A stretch of 64,000 nucleotides of DNA from assembly GCA_034780895.1 (NCBI GenBank), contig JAUZTB010000062.1:25163547-25227546 (forward strand), in the 5' to 3' direction. Source of the stretch: Rhynchobatus australiae. Taxonomy: Eukaryota. Shown piece after piece: positions 1 through 11,400 of the stretch (position 1 is its first letter; every line of letters begins with the position of its first letter). The notes beneath the pieces are model-generated. The model had not been told where the DNA came from, ran no database searches, and saw only the letters and a program-made list of their open reading frames with translations. A program made the position numbers and the translations under genes.

Positions 1-179
1 ATTACACTGAAACAAAAGAGCAAAATGTAATTAAATTTTCTGTTAGGAAGAAACATTCTGATTCTGGGCTCCATGAACATTTGATCAGATCAAAAATTAC
101 AGCCTTGTCTTTTTTCCAGCAGCATCCTCACTTTGAAAACAAAGCTTGCCAGGGACTTTTCTGCAGTTGCCACATTTGC

Positions 180-703
180 AGTATTGAGTGTGGTTCTGGA
201 AGGATGTGATTGAACAAGAGAGAATGCAGAAAAGATTAGCAAGAATGTTGACTGGACCAGAGGGCTTGAGTTATAAGGAGAGACAGGATAGGCTGGGTCT
301 GTTTTTCCTGATATGGAGAGGCTGAGGGGTGACCTTTTTGAGATTTATAAAATCCATGAGAGGCGAAGATAGGTTAGATGGTCTCAGTCTTTTTCCCAGG
401 GTAGGGGAGTTTAAAACTAGAGGGCATGGGTTTAAGGTGAGAGGGGAAAGATTTAAAATATCAGAGGGGCAAATTATTCACACAGAAGGTAGTGGATATG
501 TGGAACCAGCTACCAGAGGAGGTAGTAGAGTGGGTACAATTACAAAGTTTAAAAGACACTTGGACAGGTACATGGATAGGAAAGGTTCAGAGGGATATAG
601 GATCAAACACAGGCAAATGGGATAAGCGTAGATAGGCATCTTTATTGGCATGGACAAGTTGGGCTGAAGCACCTCTTTCCGTGCTGTATAACTCTATGAG
701 TCT
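180..703 (+). mobile_element. CR1-clade LINE, 5'-truncated 3' end
   Basis: Degenerate ORF2 C-terminus (GLSYKER, LFPRVGEFKTRGHGFKVRGERFK, FKRHLDRYMD) followed by the typical tail gggctgaag...gtgctgtataactctatga. Confidence 0.92.
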
Positions 704-1109
704 ACAAATCAAAATGAAGCTGCTCAAACAATGATAAAAGATGCTCGAAGTCTGTAATTAAAGTTATTTGTAAGTTTTGTGGGTAATTAAAGCATTACCC
801 ACAGCACCATCAGCAACTGAGAAAGGAAAATATTACATTTTTTGAGGAGACCATTTGTCAAGATATTTCAACTTTCTAAAATGATTGTGTCTTTGATGTT
901 GTGCAGTTGCCGACAGACATACTGTTTCTTTCCAACATTATAAATAAACCTCGATTGAATAACTGAAAGCTGGAGCTAATATTAGGAACTGGTATTAAAT
1001 AGGTAAATTTACTAATTTTCTGGTTATACAGAAACCATTGCTTCCCAGAAATAATTTTGCTTATTGCTGGCTTTCGGTTCTTCACAATTGAAAATCAATC
1101 ATTTCATAA

Positions 1110-1652
1110 AATTGTAAGAAGTTAAAGTAGGAGTTGTCCATTTTGCCCCTCATACCTGCTCCTGGTTGATTTTATGCTTTAGATCCTTTTCCTGCACCAA
1201 CCTCTTATCCTATGATAATATCCAAAAATCTAATGATTTCCATCTTGAATATACTCAGTGAATGAGCCTCGACAGCCCTTTCAGGCAGAGCATTCGAAAA
1301 GTTCTTGGCTGTCTTGGGGAAAGAAATTTCTTCTCATCTCTGAACTGAGTCATCAACCTATTATTTTGAGACAGTGACTCCTGGTTCACGAAATACCAGC
1401 CAAGGGAAGTATCATCACTCCATCTACCACACCTAGCCCCAGAAGATCCAAGCTCATTCTTCTGCACCCAAAAGAGTTGGACTGTCCTGATAGGATGATC
1501 TGACTCCCTCCAATTCCCAGGAACTATCCAGTGAATCTTATTCCACTCCCTCTCTCACAAGATATCCTTTCTTGAGTAGAGGGACCAGATTGGTGCAGTA
1601 TATTCCAGATGCAGTCCTTTTTTAATAAGACATCTTCGTTGTTGTACTCAAC
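1110..1652 (-). mobile_element. Old CR1-clade LINE 3' fragment
   Basis: Reverse-complement similarity to the other CR1 3' ends (gaagaaatttcttctcatctc; gggaccagattggtgcagtatattccagatg). Confidence 0.75.
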
Positions 1653-1664
1653 ACNNNNNNNNNN

Positions 1665-2700
1665 TAGGTTTCAGAGAAGGTTGTGAAAGCATCTTTCCTC
1701 TGGTTGAATCTCGACAGGTGGAACATGAGATGATGGTCTTCTAGCCACAAAACCCACTTGTGCACATCACTCATACGTCACATAAAATGTACAAGCACGT
1801 CACAATACTTCACCTCACATCCAACAAATGTCCCACGGGAGTGGAGCTAATCTTCAGAACTAATTGGAAACTGTTCAACCTATGGTAACTATGTCTAAAA
1901 ACAAGGTTATTTGACCATTAGTAATTGAACTGCAGTATTCAGTCAAAGCTTGTGTTTACATGCACTCAGAAGCTGAGATCCAAGTCATTGCTGATGCTTT
2001 TCACTGAAACACATGAGAGCATCGGGCTTTCACTCAACGTCCNNNNNNNNNNNNNNNNNNNNNNNNNNNNNNNNNNNNNNNNNNNNNNNNNNNNNNNNNN
2101 NNNNNNNNNNNNNNNNNNNNNNNNNNNNNNNNNNNNNNNNNNAGAGCATCGGGCTTTCACTCAACGTCCACAAAACAAAGGTTCTCAACAAACCTGTCCT
2201 GCTGCACTACACCACCCTCCGACAATATAGGTTTGTGGTGAGACTCTGGAAAACGTGGACCATATCCTAAATCTTGGGAGCCACTTCTTAGCAAAGATAG
2301 ACATCACCACTACCTTCAATGCACCAGCACAGCCTTTGGTCATTTGAGGAAAAGGATATTTGTAGGTCAAAATCTTAGACCAGGCACAAAGCCCATGGCC
2401 TACTGGGCAGCAGTGATCCTTACCCTCCTTTATGCTTCTGATTCCTGGACTACCTACCTCAAGGCGCTGGAACAATACTATTAGTGCTGATTCCAGATTG
2501 TCCTCCAAATTCAGTGGAACAAGCAAACCAATGTCAGTGCCCTGTCCCAGGCCAATAGCTCCAGCTTTGAAGTCCTAGATATACTCAGTCAGTTTTGTTG
2601 GGTAGGCCACATTGTTCACATGCCCAGGCTCCCACAACAGATACTCTATTCTGAGCTGTGTCATGGCAAGGAATGACCAGGTGGACAGAAGAAAAGCAAA
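1665..2700 (+). mobile_element. RTE-clade LINE, degenerate reverse-transcriptase fragment
   Basis: Reads GVELIFRTNWKLFNL (about 1838-1882) and HESIGLSLNVHKTKVLNKP, resembling the RTE/BovB motifs YRTDGKLFNL and FGLTIS..KTKVL.QP. Many stops; spans an N gap. Confidence 0.8.
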
Positions 2701-2709
2701 ATTCTCACT

Positions 2710-3530
2710 AATTACTTGCTTCTTCTGCATGCTCGTCTTTTGTGAATTATGCGCCAGAACACCTGGATCCCTCTGGATCTCAAAGCTCTGCAATCTCTCC
2801 CCGTTTAGATAACGTGTTTCTTTTTTATTTTTCTTGGCAAAATGGATAATTTCACACTTTCCTAAACAATACTTGATTTTTTGAGATCTTTTCCTTGTCT
2901 ATGTCTCTTTACAGCCTCCTTGTATCTCTTCACAACTTACTTTCCTACCTACCATTGTGCCATCAGCAAATTTAGCAACCATGCCTTTGGTGCTTTCATC
3001 AGAGTCATTTATATATATTGTAAAAGGTTGCTGCCCCAACACCAATCTTTATGGCACACCATTCGCTACATCTTGACAACCAAAAAAAAAGACCCACTTC
3101 AGCCTATGCTGTTTCCAGTTACGTTCAAGTTCAAGTTTATTCTCATAGGCATAGGGTATTAAATTAGCTTTTTGCAGCAGCAGCAGTTAGCCAGCCAATC
3201 TTATATCCGTGCCAATATGTCACCTCCCACACATAAGCTTTTGTTTTGCACAATAACCTTTGATGCACCTAATCAAATGTCTTCTGGAAATGTTAGTACC
3301 TCCACGAATTCATCTTTAGCCACAGCACATGTTGCTTCTTCAAAAATACTCAAAATAAATTGGTCATATGTGATTTTACTTTCACAGAACCATGTTGATT
3401 TTGCCTGATTACTTTGAATTTTTGTCCTGTTTTAGTGCTTAGAATAATAGCTTCCAGTGTTTTTTTCTATGACAGATGTTCAGCTAACTGCCCAATAGTT
3501 TCCCGTTCTCAGTCTCTGTTTTTGAATAAA
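2710..3530 (-). mobile_element. CR1-clade LINE, RT-region fragment
   Basis: ORF 2575-2793 (QRDPGVLAHNSQKTSMQ) and reverse motif tcagcaaattt (KFAD) match CR1 RT. Confidence 0.8.
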
Positions 3531-4261
3531 GGAGTTCCACTTACTGATGGACCAGAAGCACTTGCATACCGCTTCACTGAATGTCTCATCCTGGAGCTTC
3601 ACTGGTTCTTCTGTGGTACCCATGCACTGAACTAGGGTGGACCTAATGCCTATCAGGAGGAAGACCACCTCCCCCAATTGGTTAGGTTCTGAACATCGGA
3701 GGATCCACCTCCTGTCTGCTGGACCTGTTGCCTCTTCCTTGTTATTTTAGACTGAAAGATAAAAAGGGAAATTTATTCTGAAGTGATTTCTTTGAGCATG
3801 GTTGCCTCTTTCCATATCTCTGTGCATAAATGCGGGTACATGCCTGTGTATCAAAGATTTATACAGGCCCTCCAGCTCAAATTGTCCATGCTGACTAAGT
3901 TGTCTACTTAAGTTCATCCCATTTCACCACATTTGGTCCCTATCCCTCTGAACCTTTCCTATCCATATGCCTGTGTAAATGTCTTTAAAACATTGTAATT
4001 GTGCTCACCTCTACCACCTCTTCTGGCAGCTTGTTTCACATATCCGCCACTCTCTGCATGAAAACATTGTCCCTCAGGCTTATTTTAAATCTTTCTCCTC
4101 TCACCTTAAACCTACGCTCTCTAGTTTTAGACTCCCCTATCCAAGGAAAAGTACTGTTACCTTCCACCTTATCTATGTCCCTTCATGATTTTATATATCT
4201 CTGTAACATCACTCCTCAATCTCCTTTCCTCCAAGGGAAAAATGCCCCAGCCTATTCAGTG

Positions 4262-4401
4262 CAACACAGTCCTGATGAAGGGTCTCGACTTGAAACATCA
4301 ACTGTCCATTTCCCTCCAATAGATGCTGATAGAACCTGATGAGTTCCTCCATAATTTGTGTGTGTTGCTCTAGATTCCAGCATCTACAGAATCTCTTGTG
4401 A
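4262..4401 (+). mobile_element. Short Penelope-like terminal-repeat-derived insertion with hammerhead core and 16-bp TSD
   Basis: Flanked by cccagcctattcagtg (4246-4261) and cccaacctattcggtg (4402-4417), 14/16 identical. Shares its body with the copies at 6202, 12395 and 19916. Confidence 0.75.
4266..4305 (+). ncRNA. Degenerate minimal type-I hammerhead ribozyme motif
   Basis: acagtc-CTGATGA-a-gggt(ctcg)actt-GAAAC-aTC-aactgt: stem I acagt/actgt, CUGAUGA box, stem II, GAAA box. The cleavage triplet reads ATC where other evidence suggests ancestral GTC (CpG decay). Confidence 0.65.
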
Positions 4402-4537
4402 CCCAACCTATTCGGTGTCTCCTTATAACTCAAGCCCTCCAGTCCTGGCAACATCGTTGTGAATCTTTTCTGCACCCTCTCTAGTATAACCACATCCTTC
4501 CAATACCCAGGTGACCAGAACTGCACACAGTAAGCCA

Positions 4538-4715
4538 AAAAACATAAATGGGAGTAGGAGTAGGCCTTGTTTCCCCTTGAGCCTGCTCTGCCATTCAGCA
4601 GGCTCAGAGCCAATCTGACCTTGGCCTCAGTTTCACTTTCCTGCCTTTTCCCAATAATCTTTTATTTCCCAGTGGACCAAAAATCTGTCTTTCTCAGCGC
4701 TGACTATCCCTAATG
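4538..4715 (-). mobile_element. CR1 3' tail of a second subfamily
   Basis: ggagtaggagtaggcc...gagcctgctctgccattca...atctgacc resembles the tail at 51015-51130. Confidence 0.75.
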
Positions 4716-6201
4716 ATTCACATTATATCTTGCGTCTTTATTATTTACTGAATCTGCAAACTAACTTATTGTGTTCTTTTTAAAAGGACCCAGGTCATGT
4801 ACACGTGTTGTTGTCTGGGGAGTCATTGGTGCAACTGGAAATAGCACAAGTCAGGTGCAGTTTCAAGCATTGGGAGGTCTCACCTTCACATATCTAGTGA
4901 GGTAATGGATCTTCTTCCAGCACTGCTGCAGGGGTCTGGGAGAGACATTTTTAAAGGATAGACCATCATCTCCTGGCATCTTCATTGTGAACATGAGTGG
5001 ACTTAACCCTTCCTCCCAAAAAAAACCCTCCTCCTCTCCACCTGTGCCATAACACATTCTCACCCCATCCCACACCTCCTCTACCCTCCTCATTCATCTC
5101 CATCGCACCTTCCATTACAGCACCAGAATCCTTAGAACATGGCACTGGCGGCAACATTGTGGATCTTTCAAGGATGGAAGCTTGACTTTGTTTCGCATTG
5201 AAAACTATCAGCAGATGTGCAATATCCATTGCCGTGTTGTCAGGATCCACGTTACTTGTCAGTAAGAAGACGTGCTCCTTTACTTGGGGAATATGATCGA
5301 AAGGCACAGACTCGCTACCCTGGCTGAACTACACAGGGCTGGATTTGTACTCAGCAAAAGGAGCAGAAGAGTTTCTGGAGGCAAGATTCTGAAATCACCC
5401 TCTGTTAAATATTAACAGCGCAGAGAGCAGAGCAGTGCACAACTTTTAACTGTGAAATTCAGGAAACCTTATTTTTAGACACAGGACTCAGAAGCTCCAT
5501 TGAATAATAAATACTGACAAAGGACCCCTTGCCTCTAACAACTATAAGCTGTTCCAGATGTTGAAGGAGGAAATACCACTAAATAATGGTTAGCTTCACA
5601 GAACATACAGAGTAGTAAATGACCCACCTACTGCTATCAGCTCACCACTGGTTAGTAATGTTGCAGCAAATCTAGTTGATTTTACATGTATGCACTTACC
5701 TTCAAACTGCATAGCCCTTCAAACTAGCACTGAAAATGCCTATTATTTTAAAACCTAATTCTATTGCAAGGCCATGCTTTTACTGTGAGTTTAATTTCTG
5801 GCTAAAGTAAACAGTATGATACCTTGTGGCCATCAGTTGCTATTTTCATTCAAAGTTATCATGTTCCATTGAACCTTCAGTTCAATGATTTGTATTGTGT
5901 TTAGACTAACACTTCAGAGGAAGAACCATGGGGGAATCTGGTTTAGAAACCTTTTAGCTTGAAAGCTGTTGGAGACAAGGGCTGCTTTAGTATTGTTATT
6001 GATGTCATAAGCTTGCAATATGCTACAGGACTTTGCTCACTGCAGAAAAAGCTTTTAAAGTGGTAAAATAGCAGACTAAAGAATTTACTATAATCATATT
6101 TAATGTCATTGTATTAATCTTTCCATAGCATTACCTGAAGGTCATTGCTTTCCAAGTAACTGATCCTGAACAAACTACAGCTGACATGATAAATGAAAGC
6201 A

Positions 6202-6390
6202 ACACACAAAGTGCTGGAGGAATTCAGCGAGTCAGGCAGCATCAATGGGGGGAAATGGACAGTCAGTATTTCATCTGAAGGGTCTTGACCCAAAACATCG
6301 ACTGTCCATTTCCCTCCATAGATGCTGCCCGTCCCACTGAGTTCCTCCAGCACTTCGTGTGCCTCTGCAGGTTCCAACAACTGCAGTCTC
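6202..6390. mobile_element. Fold-back (inverted-arm) Penelope-like short insertion with perfect 17-bp TSD
   Basis: catgataaatgaaagca at 6185-6201 and 6391-6407. Arm acacaaagtgctggaggaattcagc...aaatggacagtc is the reverse complement of gactgtccattt...ctgagttcctccagcacttcgtgt. Confidence 0.8.
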
Positions 6391-6469
6391 CATGATAAAT
6401 GAAAGCACTTCTGGCCTGTAAAGTCCATGCCCACCTTTGTTAAAGTTGTACAATTATGCGTTTACCTCA

Positions 6470-6660
6470 CCACAGCACTGACTTTCAACTGAGACTTTTC
6501 ATAGGGCTATGGAACAACTTCCCTCCTTGTTATCCTTGACCTCTCTGCAAACATTTGATATGGCTGCGACTGTTCAGGCCTGGTCCTCTTCTTGTCCATC
6601 CAGCCCTGTTCGGCTTCTGCCCTTCCTTATCTGCCTGCTGACATTGGAGTCTTTATAAAG
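6470..6660 (+). mobile_element. L2-clade LINE RT fragment
   Basis: ctccttgttatccttgacctctctgcaaacatttgat resembles the L2 motif LLLLDLSAAFDT with a frameshift. Confidence 0.6.
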
Positions 6661-6669
6661 ATGTATCAT

Positions 6670-7160
6670 AGGATCACAGAAAGAATACAACACAGAAGGA
6701 GGCCATTTGACCCATGATGGCTGAGTCAGTTAACAAGAGCAACACAATCTAATTCCAGCCAGCACTAGTCCACGGCCCTGCAGGTAACAGCTCTTCAAGT
6801 ACACTGCCAAGTACTTCTTAAATGTAATGAGGATTTCTACCTCTACTCCCCCTTCAGTAGTGAGTTCGAGACCCTAACCATTCTCTAGGTGAAAATCTTT
6901 TCCTCATCTCTCCTCTATTCCTTCTATCATCACTTTCAATTTATTAACTTTATCTAAGACCTCATAATGTTCTACATTTCAATTAAGTCTTCCCCCAGCT
7001 TTCGCTTTTCCAAAGAAAACAATCCAAGCTTATCCAATCATTCCTCAAGGTGATGATTTTCTAATCCTGGAAACATCTTTGCAAATTTTCTCTGCACCCT
7101 CATCCCATCTTTCCTGTAATGTGGTGACCAGAACTATCTGCAATATTCAAGTTGTACAAC
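6670..7160 (-). mobile_element. CR1-clade LINE 3' end
   Basis: acacagaaggaggccattt tail and ctctgcaccct...tggtgaccagaact, as in the other minus-strand CR1 copies. Confidence 0.85.
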
Positions 7161-7389
7161 CACCTGAGGCCACTTACTTACAAGATACACCCAACTGAAT
7201 GGGCTGCCTAATTCCCTCATGGATGTCTGCTGCCCTTCACTCAGCTACTGAATATTTAAGACACTAATATTAATGCTTCACTTTAAAGTCCATGTAGTTA
7301 CAATTCCAATTAAAGATGAATGTTCCCTCTGGACAATTATCCCAAAGCCCAACTGGCCATCCATGATCTGTAAGTTTCAGTGTACACCA

Positions 7390-7710
7390 AACTCTGCTGC
7401 ATCCCATCTCACTCATTCATCACTCCTGCTTTTGTGACCTTCATTCTCTGTCGTCTCCAATTTGAAAGTCCTATGCTAATCCTTCAGACCCTTCAAGGCC
7501 TTGCCTCTCCATACTCGGGTAATCTCATCCATTTCTCTGACTCTTGTGCATCACTTGCACTCCACCGCTTTCCACTCGAGGCAGATGTACCTTCCGCTGC
7601 CCAGACTCCAACCTCGACATTTCCAATCCTAAATCCATCACCCTCTTCTCTCTGTCTTGCTTTCCTTTAAGATCCTTTTAAAATCCATTCTGACCAAACT
7701 GTCCTCCACT
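7390..7710 (+). mobile_element. L2-clade LINE 3' fragment
   Basis: ORF 7380 reads HSFITPAFVT...LQTLQGLASPYSGNL, similar to L2 HITPVL..LHWLP...FK.LHGLAP.YL. Confidence 0.65.
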
Positions 7711-8089
7711 ACTTCATTAATTAAGAACAGCCAAAAGAGATTATTAATGAGAAATAGTGTCTGACAAATATATCTTTTCAGTGTTTTGTTGGAATAAATA
7801 CAATGGATGTTGTTGACTTGTTGTTGGACTATGATGAAACACAGCAGCGTAGATGGAAAATTGGATAAAAAGCATCAACCAAAGCAAAGGATGTTGTTGT
7901 ATCCAAGAAATATAGTGATGATAATTCTCAAGAACCAGTGGACCAGAAATTATTACATGCTGACAGAGTGCATTAAAACCCAGTAATGATATTCTATTGA
8001 GCACAGAGCTCAACACATTGGGTATTGCTGTACAATAGACCTAACAAGGGGACTAGCAGAAAGGCCTTCATCTTGCAAGAAATCAGTTG

Positions 8090-8465
8090 GACAGCGGGTG
8101 AAGGGTGGGATGGAGAAGACTGGAGAGGATCATGAGAGGAAAGAGATGATTCCAGGAAAAAGACTGTATCACAGGCCTACAAAGAAATCATGGAGTGGAG
8201 AGATGATTGTCAGAGGAGAAATGGTTAGGGAAGACTTGAGTCAAGAGATATTCAGGGAAATAATCAGAGGACTGAGATTCAATGGAGAAATGATCGTGGT
8301 GATGATTGTGAGGGTGTTGGCTGGAGTGAGTTGGAGGGAGAAGTTCAGTCAGGGATAGGGTTGGTTGGATGGATGACTGCAAGGAGCAGAAGATGATGGA
8401 AAGGAGATGATTAGAGTTGAAGATGGTAACTCGGGATATGATCAGGATGGTTGAGGAGTGGAAAT
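8090..8465 (+). repeat. Purine-rich degenerate tandem repeat (recurring (g)gagatgat units)
   Basis: gagatgatt, gagatgattg, gaaatggtt, gaaatgatcg, gtgatgattg, aagatgatgg and gagatgatta recur at short spacing. Confidence 0.6.
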
Positions 8466-11400
8466 TGAGGCCTGATCTCTTCAGCAGTGGGCCATAGTCA
8501 CTCAGGAAAAGTACTCGAATATGACAACACCTGGAAGATCAATGCCACTGACTGACCAGCAAAGGCCCAGATAGGATTGGCCTCTCTTTAAATAACGTTG
8601 AAGATGGACTCAAAACTTCTGTAAAGGACTTTTACATGACATGGAGTTCATTTGTACACCACCATTTCACCCAATTGACTTCAAAATGAGTTTTTGAGTG
8701 CCATTTGATATCACTGAACCTGCCCAGTGAGTCCAAGAATCTGCACTCCACTCAGGACAAATGCAACAAAAGTCCAGAAATGCACTATGACCTCTCTTGG
8801 AACCAAATAACTTGCTGTCAAAAAATGTTTGTATCGGTTAATGAAATATGATAAGGCCTTCTATGAAGTCTATTTGCAGTNNNNNNNNNNNNNNNNNNNN
8901 NNNNNNNNNNNNNNNNNNNNNNNNNNNNNNNNNNNNNNNNNNNNNNNNNNNNNNNNNNNNNNNNNNNNNNNNNNNNNNNNGCTTCTCATAGTTGGAAAAA
9001 GCTCAAATCTTGGGCACCAGCTCTGAAGATCAGCAGGTGACCTCAGAAGGACATATTGGGACGGTGGAGGTTAGGTGAAGTTTATCCCAGGGAAATTTTA
9101 GGATGAAGGATAAGGAGACAATATGTACACGTGTGTATACATGATATATATCTAAGGGAGTACAGAACAAAGTAGAAAGCTTTGTCAATTGTGTTGCAGC
9201 TAAGATGTTGTTTCCTATGTTTCTGATTTTGGGCATCTTACTTTTTTGGGAGAATGTCAAAGCCAAAAAATGGTGAAGGAAGATTCACCACAAAAGATGA
9301 AATGCAGTGGTGGGAAGGAGTTGGTTATAGAGCCTGAGCAGTGCCTGTAAAGAGGTGTTAATGGGCTGGTGTGCAGTGGGCCTGTGAATTGTTTGTTCAG
9401 GTGCCAATCACTGCAACATTCAGCGGCACAAGAAGCTCAAGGGTGTTGTGCTCTCCTGAACAACCCTTACACAATCAAAGGCCTTTCAATCATGTTTCCC
9501 ACCATTCCAGATATCAGCTAAATCTGGCTCCAGGTTGTAGGGGTGGTGGTGGGGAATGTGGGGCAGAGGGACTGGAATGTGAGTAAGAATCGGAGCATTA
9601 GTTGGGCACACTAGGATGCAGCTTATGATTGGCCATCAATTGGTTGGGGGGGGGCAGGGTTGGACCACTCGAACACCTGGTACTTGAAGAGATAACTGGC
9701 TGCCGGGGACTGGTAGGGAGCTGTGTCAGGGGTTAGATTAGGAGATCAGTGTCAAATAGCAGATTAATGGTTAGAGTGGGCTGGGTGGATGGGATCAGAT
9801 AACATATCAACTTCTGGATAATGGGAACGAATCAGGAAGCTGATCACTGGTCAGGGTGTTCAGGTGACAGATCAATTTAGAAGTTGGGTGAACCTCACAA
9901 GCGAGAGGGAAGAGCAGGGATCACAATTCATGAGGTTGGAGCTGGAGGTCAGACACTCAAGGAGACATCCCTCTAGGAAGCCCTATCTGAGGTGGGTTAA
10001 GGAGGACTATCAGTGGTGGGTTACCATAACTAGCACTATAGCAGCCTGTCAAGCACTGAGCACACCTGCTTTTGCATGAGTAACCTGGGCCACACAAGTG
10101 ACACAATATCCCACAAGTCACATCCAGTGGACGTAATTGAATGCTACTGTAAGTGTGCTCCTGTGTGCATTAGTATGTCAGACCCACGAGGAAAGAAAGT
10201 CAGAGGTCTTGTGGAACTCACAGTCTACAAATTTTACTCTACCAGTGACTTTTCACTAAAATTGTACCCTCTAGCACACATGATCCACTTTCTCGGTCAG
10301 CATATTTTACATATAGTAAGCTGTTCCAAGCTGCCGTGTGATAATAGCCAGATCAGCTTAGAGGTTTAAGAGTAGCTCAAGCAGAGGTGTTCTAAGTAAA
10401 TAGAGAGTTCAGTAAAGTAACCAGGAAAATTTATTTCCAGTCTTTTGTAACCGATAGACATATATTTAAGATCACTAAAATAAATTATTACGAGGAAGAT
10501 GTTAAAATATTATTTTTTAATTTGGAAAGTTGTCAGAAGGAACAGTCATGTAAGCAAAATCCATACCACATTTCAAAAGCAAGGAGGATACATACCTAAA
10601 CTTCAGCCAGTTGTCATTGCTTTGGATATCTTTCGTCTTGATAAACACATGAAACTGTTTACTGTGAAAATGTCTCCTGGATGAAATGTAGAAAGGTTAA
10701 GAACATCTTAACCATCTGTCCTGATGATTAATATGATGATACTTCTGTGAATAGGACTCAAAACATGAACATTAGGGTAGAAACAATTGCTAACTGAACA
10801 ATACTGCCACTGATCTCTATATTTGAAAGATACTTGAGGAAATGGAATATAGAATCCTACAAATATTGCATCATTAGACAAAACAAACTGAAAGATCAGG
10901 CATATGGAAGATAAAAGTTATAATTTTATCAATTTCCAAAGAATAAGGAATCTATCTGGTCAGAAACGGGTTATCTCCAGTTCTGGGTGAGGAGAATCTG
11001 GAGGCTAAGGTTGGCAGTGTACATTGGAAATACTGTTGACTTAGTGTACATTCATCCTGCTTGCTCTGACTTCAATGCTGTTCTCATTAAACATCTGTTA
11101 TGGTTACACAATTCGAGGAGTTCTCGTGGGAGAATTGGAAGGTTGGACACAATTGGAGCCATAAAAGCAGCTCCACAGTTAACAGTAACAACCCCATATA
11201 TTAGAACCTATAAAACTATGTGCTTTTGCTATGATATATTGAAGGTTGAATTTTGTATTGGCATCTCCTAATGAATAATTGAGATTTAGCACGACTCACC
11301 GTACCAAACAGAAGCAAAAATGTTCGTCTCTGCTGTTCCTTATTATATTGATGTGTTGCCCTATGACTGTGATGGAAACAACATTCATAGTTGGAGTTGG

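Larger units (their letters stand above)
3855..4535 (-). mobile_element. CR1-clade LINE 3' end, interrupted at 4262-4401
   Basis: ORF 4209-4613 contains YCVQFWSPGYWKDVVILERVQKRFTTMLPGLEGLSYKE; the remainder is the reverse complement of the 180-703 type. Confidence 0.92.
3570..5150 (-). pseudogene. Decayed two-exon Myb/SANT-like (trihelix, MSANTD/NAIF1-like) gene of PIF/Harbinger type
   Basis: Exon A ends ...VSPRPLQQCWKKIHYLTRYVK|gtgaga (last base 4884). Exon B starts at tttatctttcag|3751 with SKITRKRQQVQQTGGGSSDVQNLT, then after a frameshift LGEVVFLLIG. The phase-0 join reproduces the recalled family pattern RT..QC.KKW.DL...K..K........TGGG......LT..EE.V..LIG. Confidence 0.7.

Noticed and set aside
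4910-4930. QQCWKK as POMC exon 2 (QCW motif)
   Set aside because: No signal peptide or downstream cysteine pattern; the context fits Myb/SANT helix 3 better.
4950-4985. KMPGDDGL as an L1/Tx1 KSPGPDGL RT motif
   Set aside because: No flanking RT motifs; a short chance resemblance.
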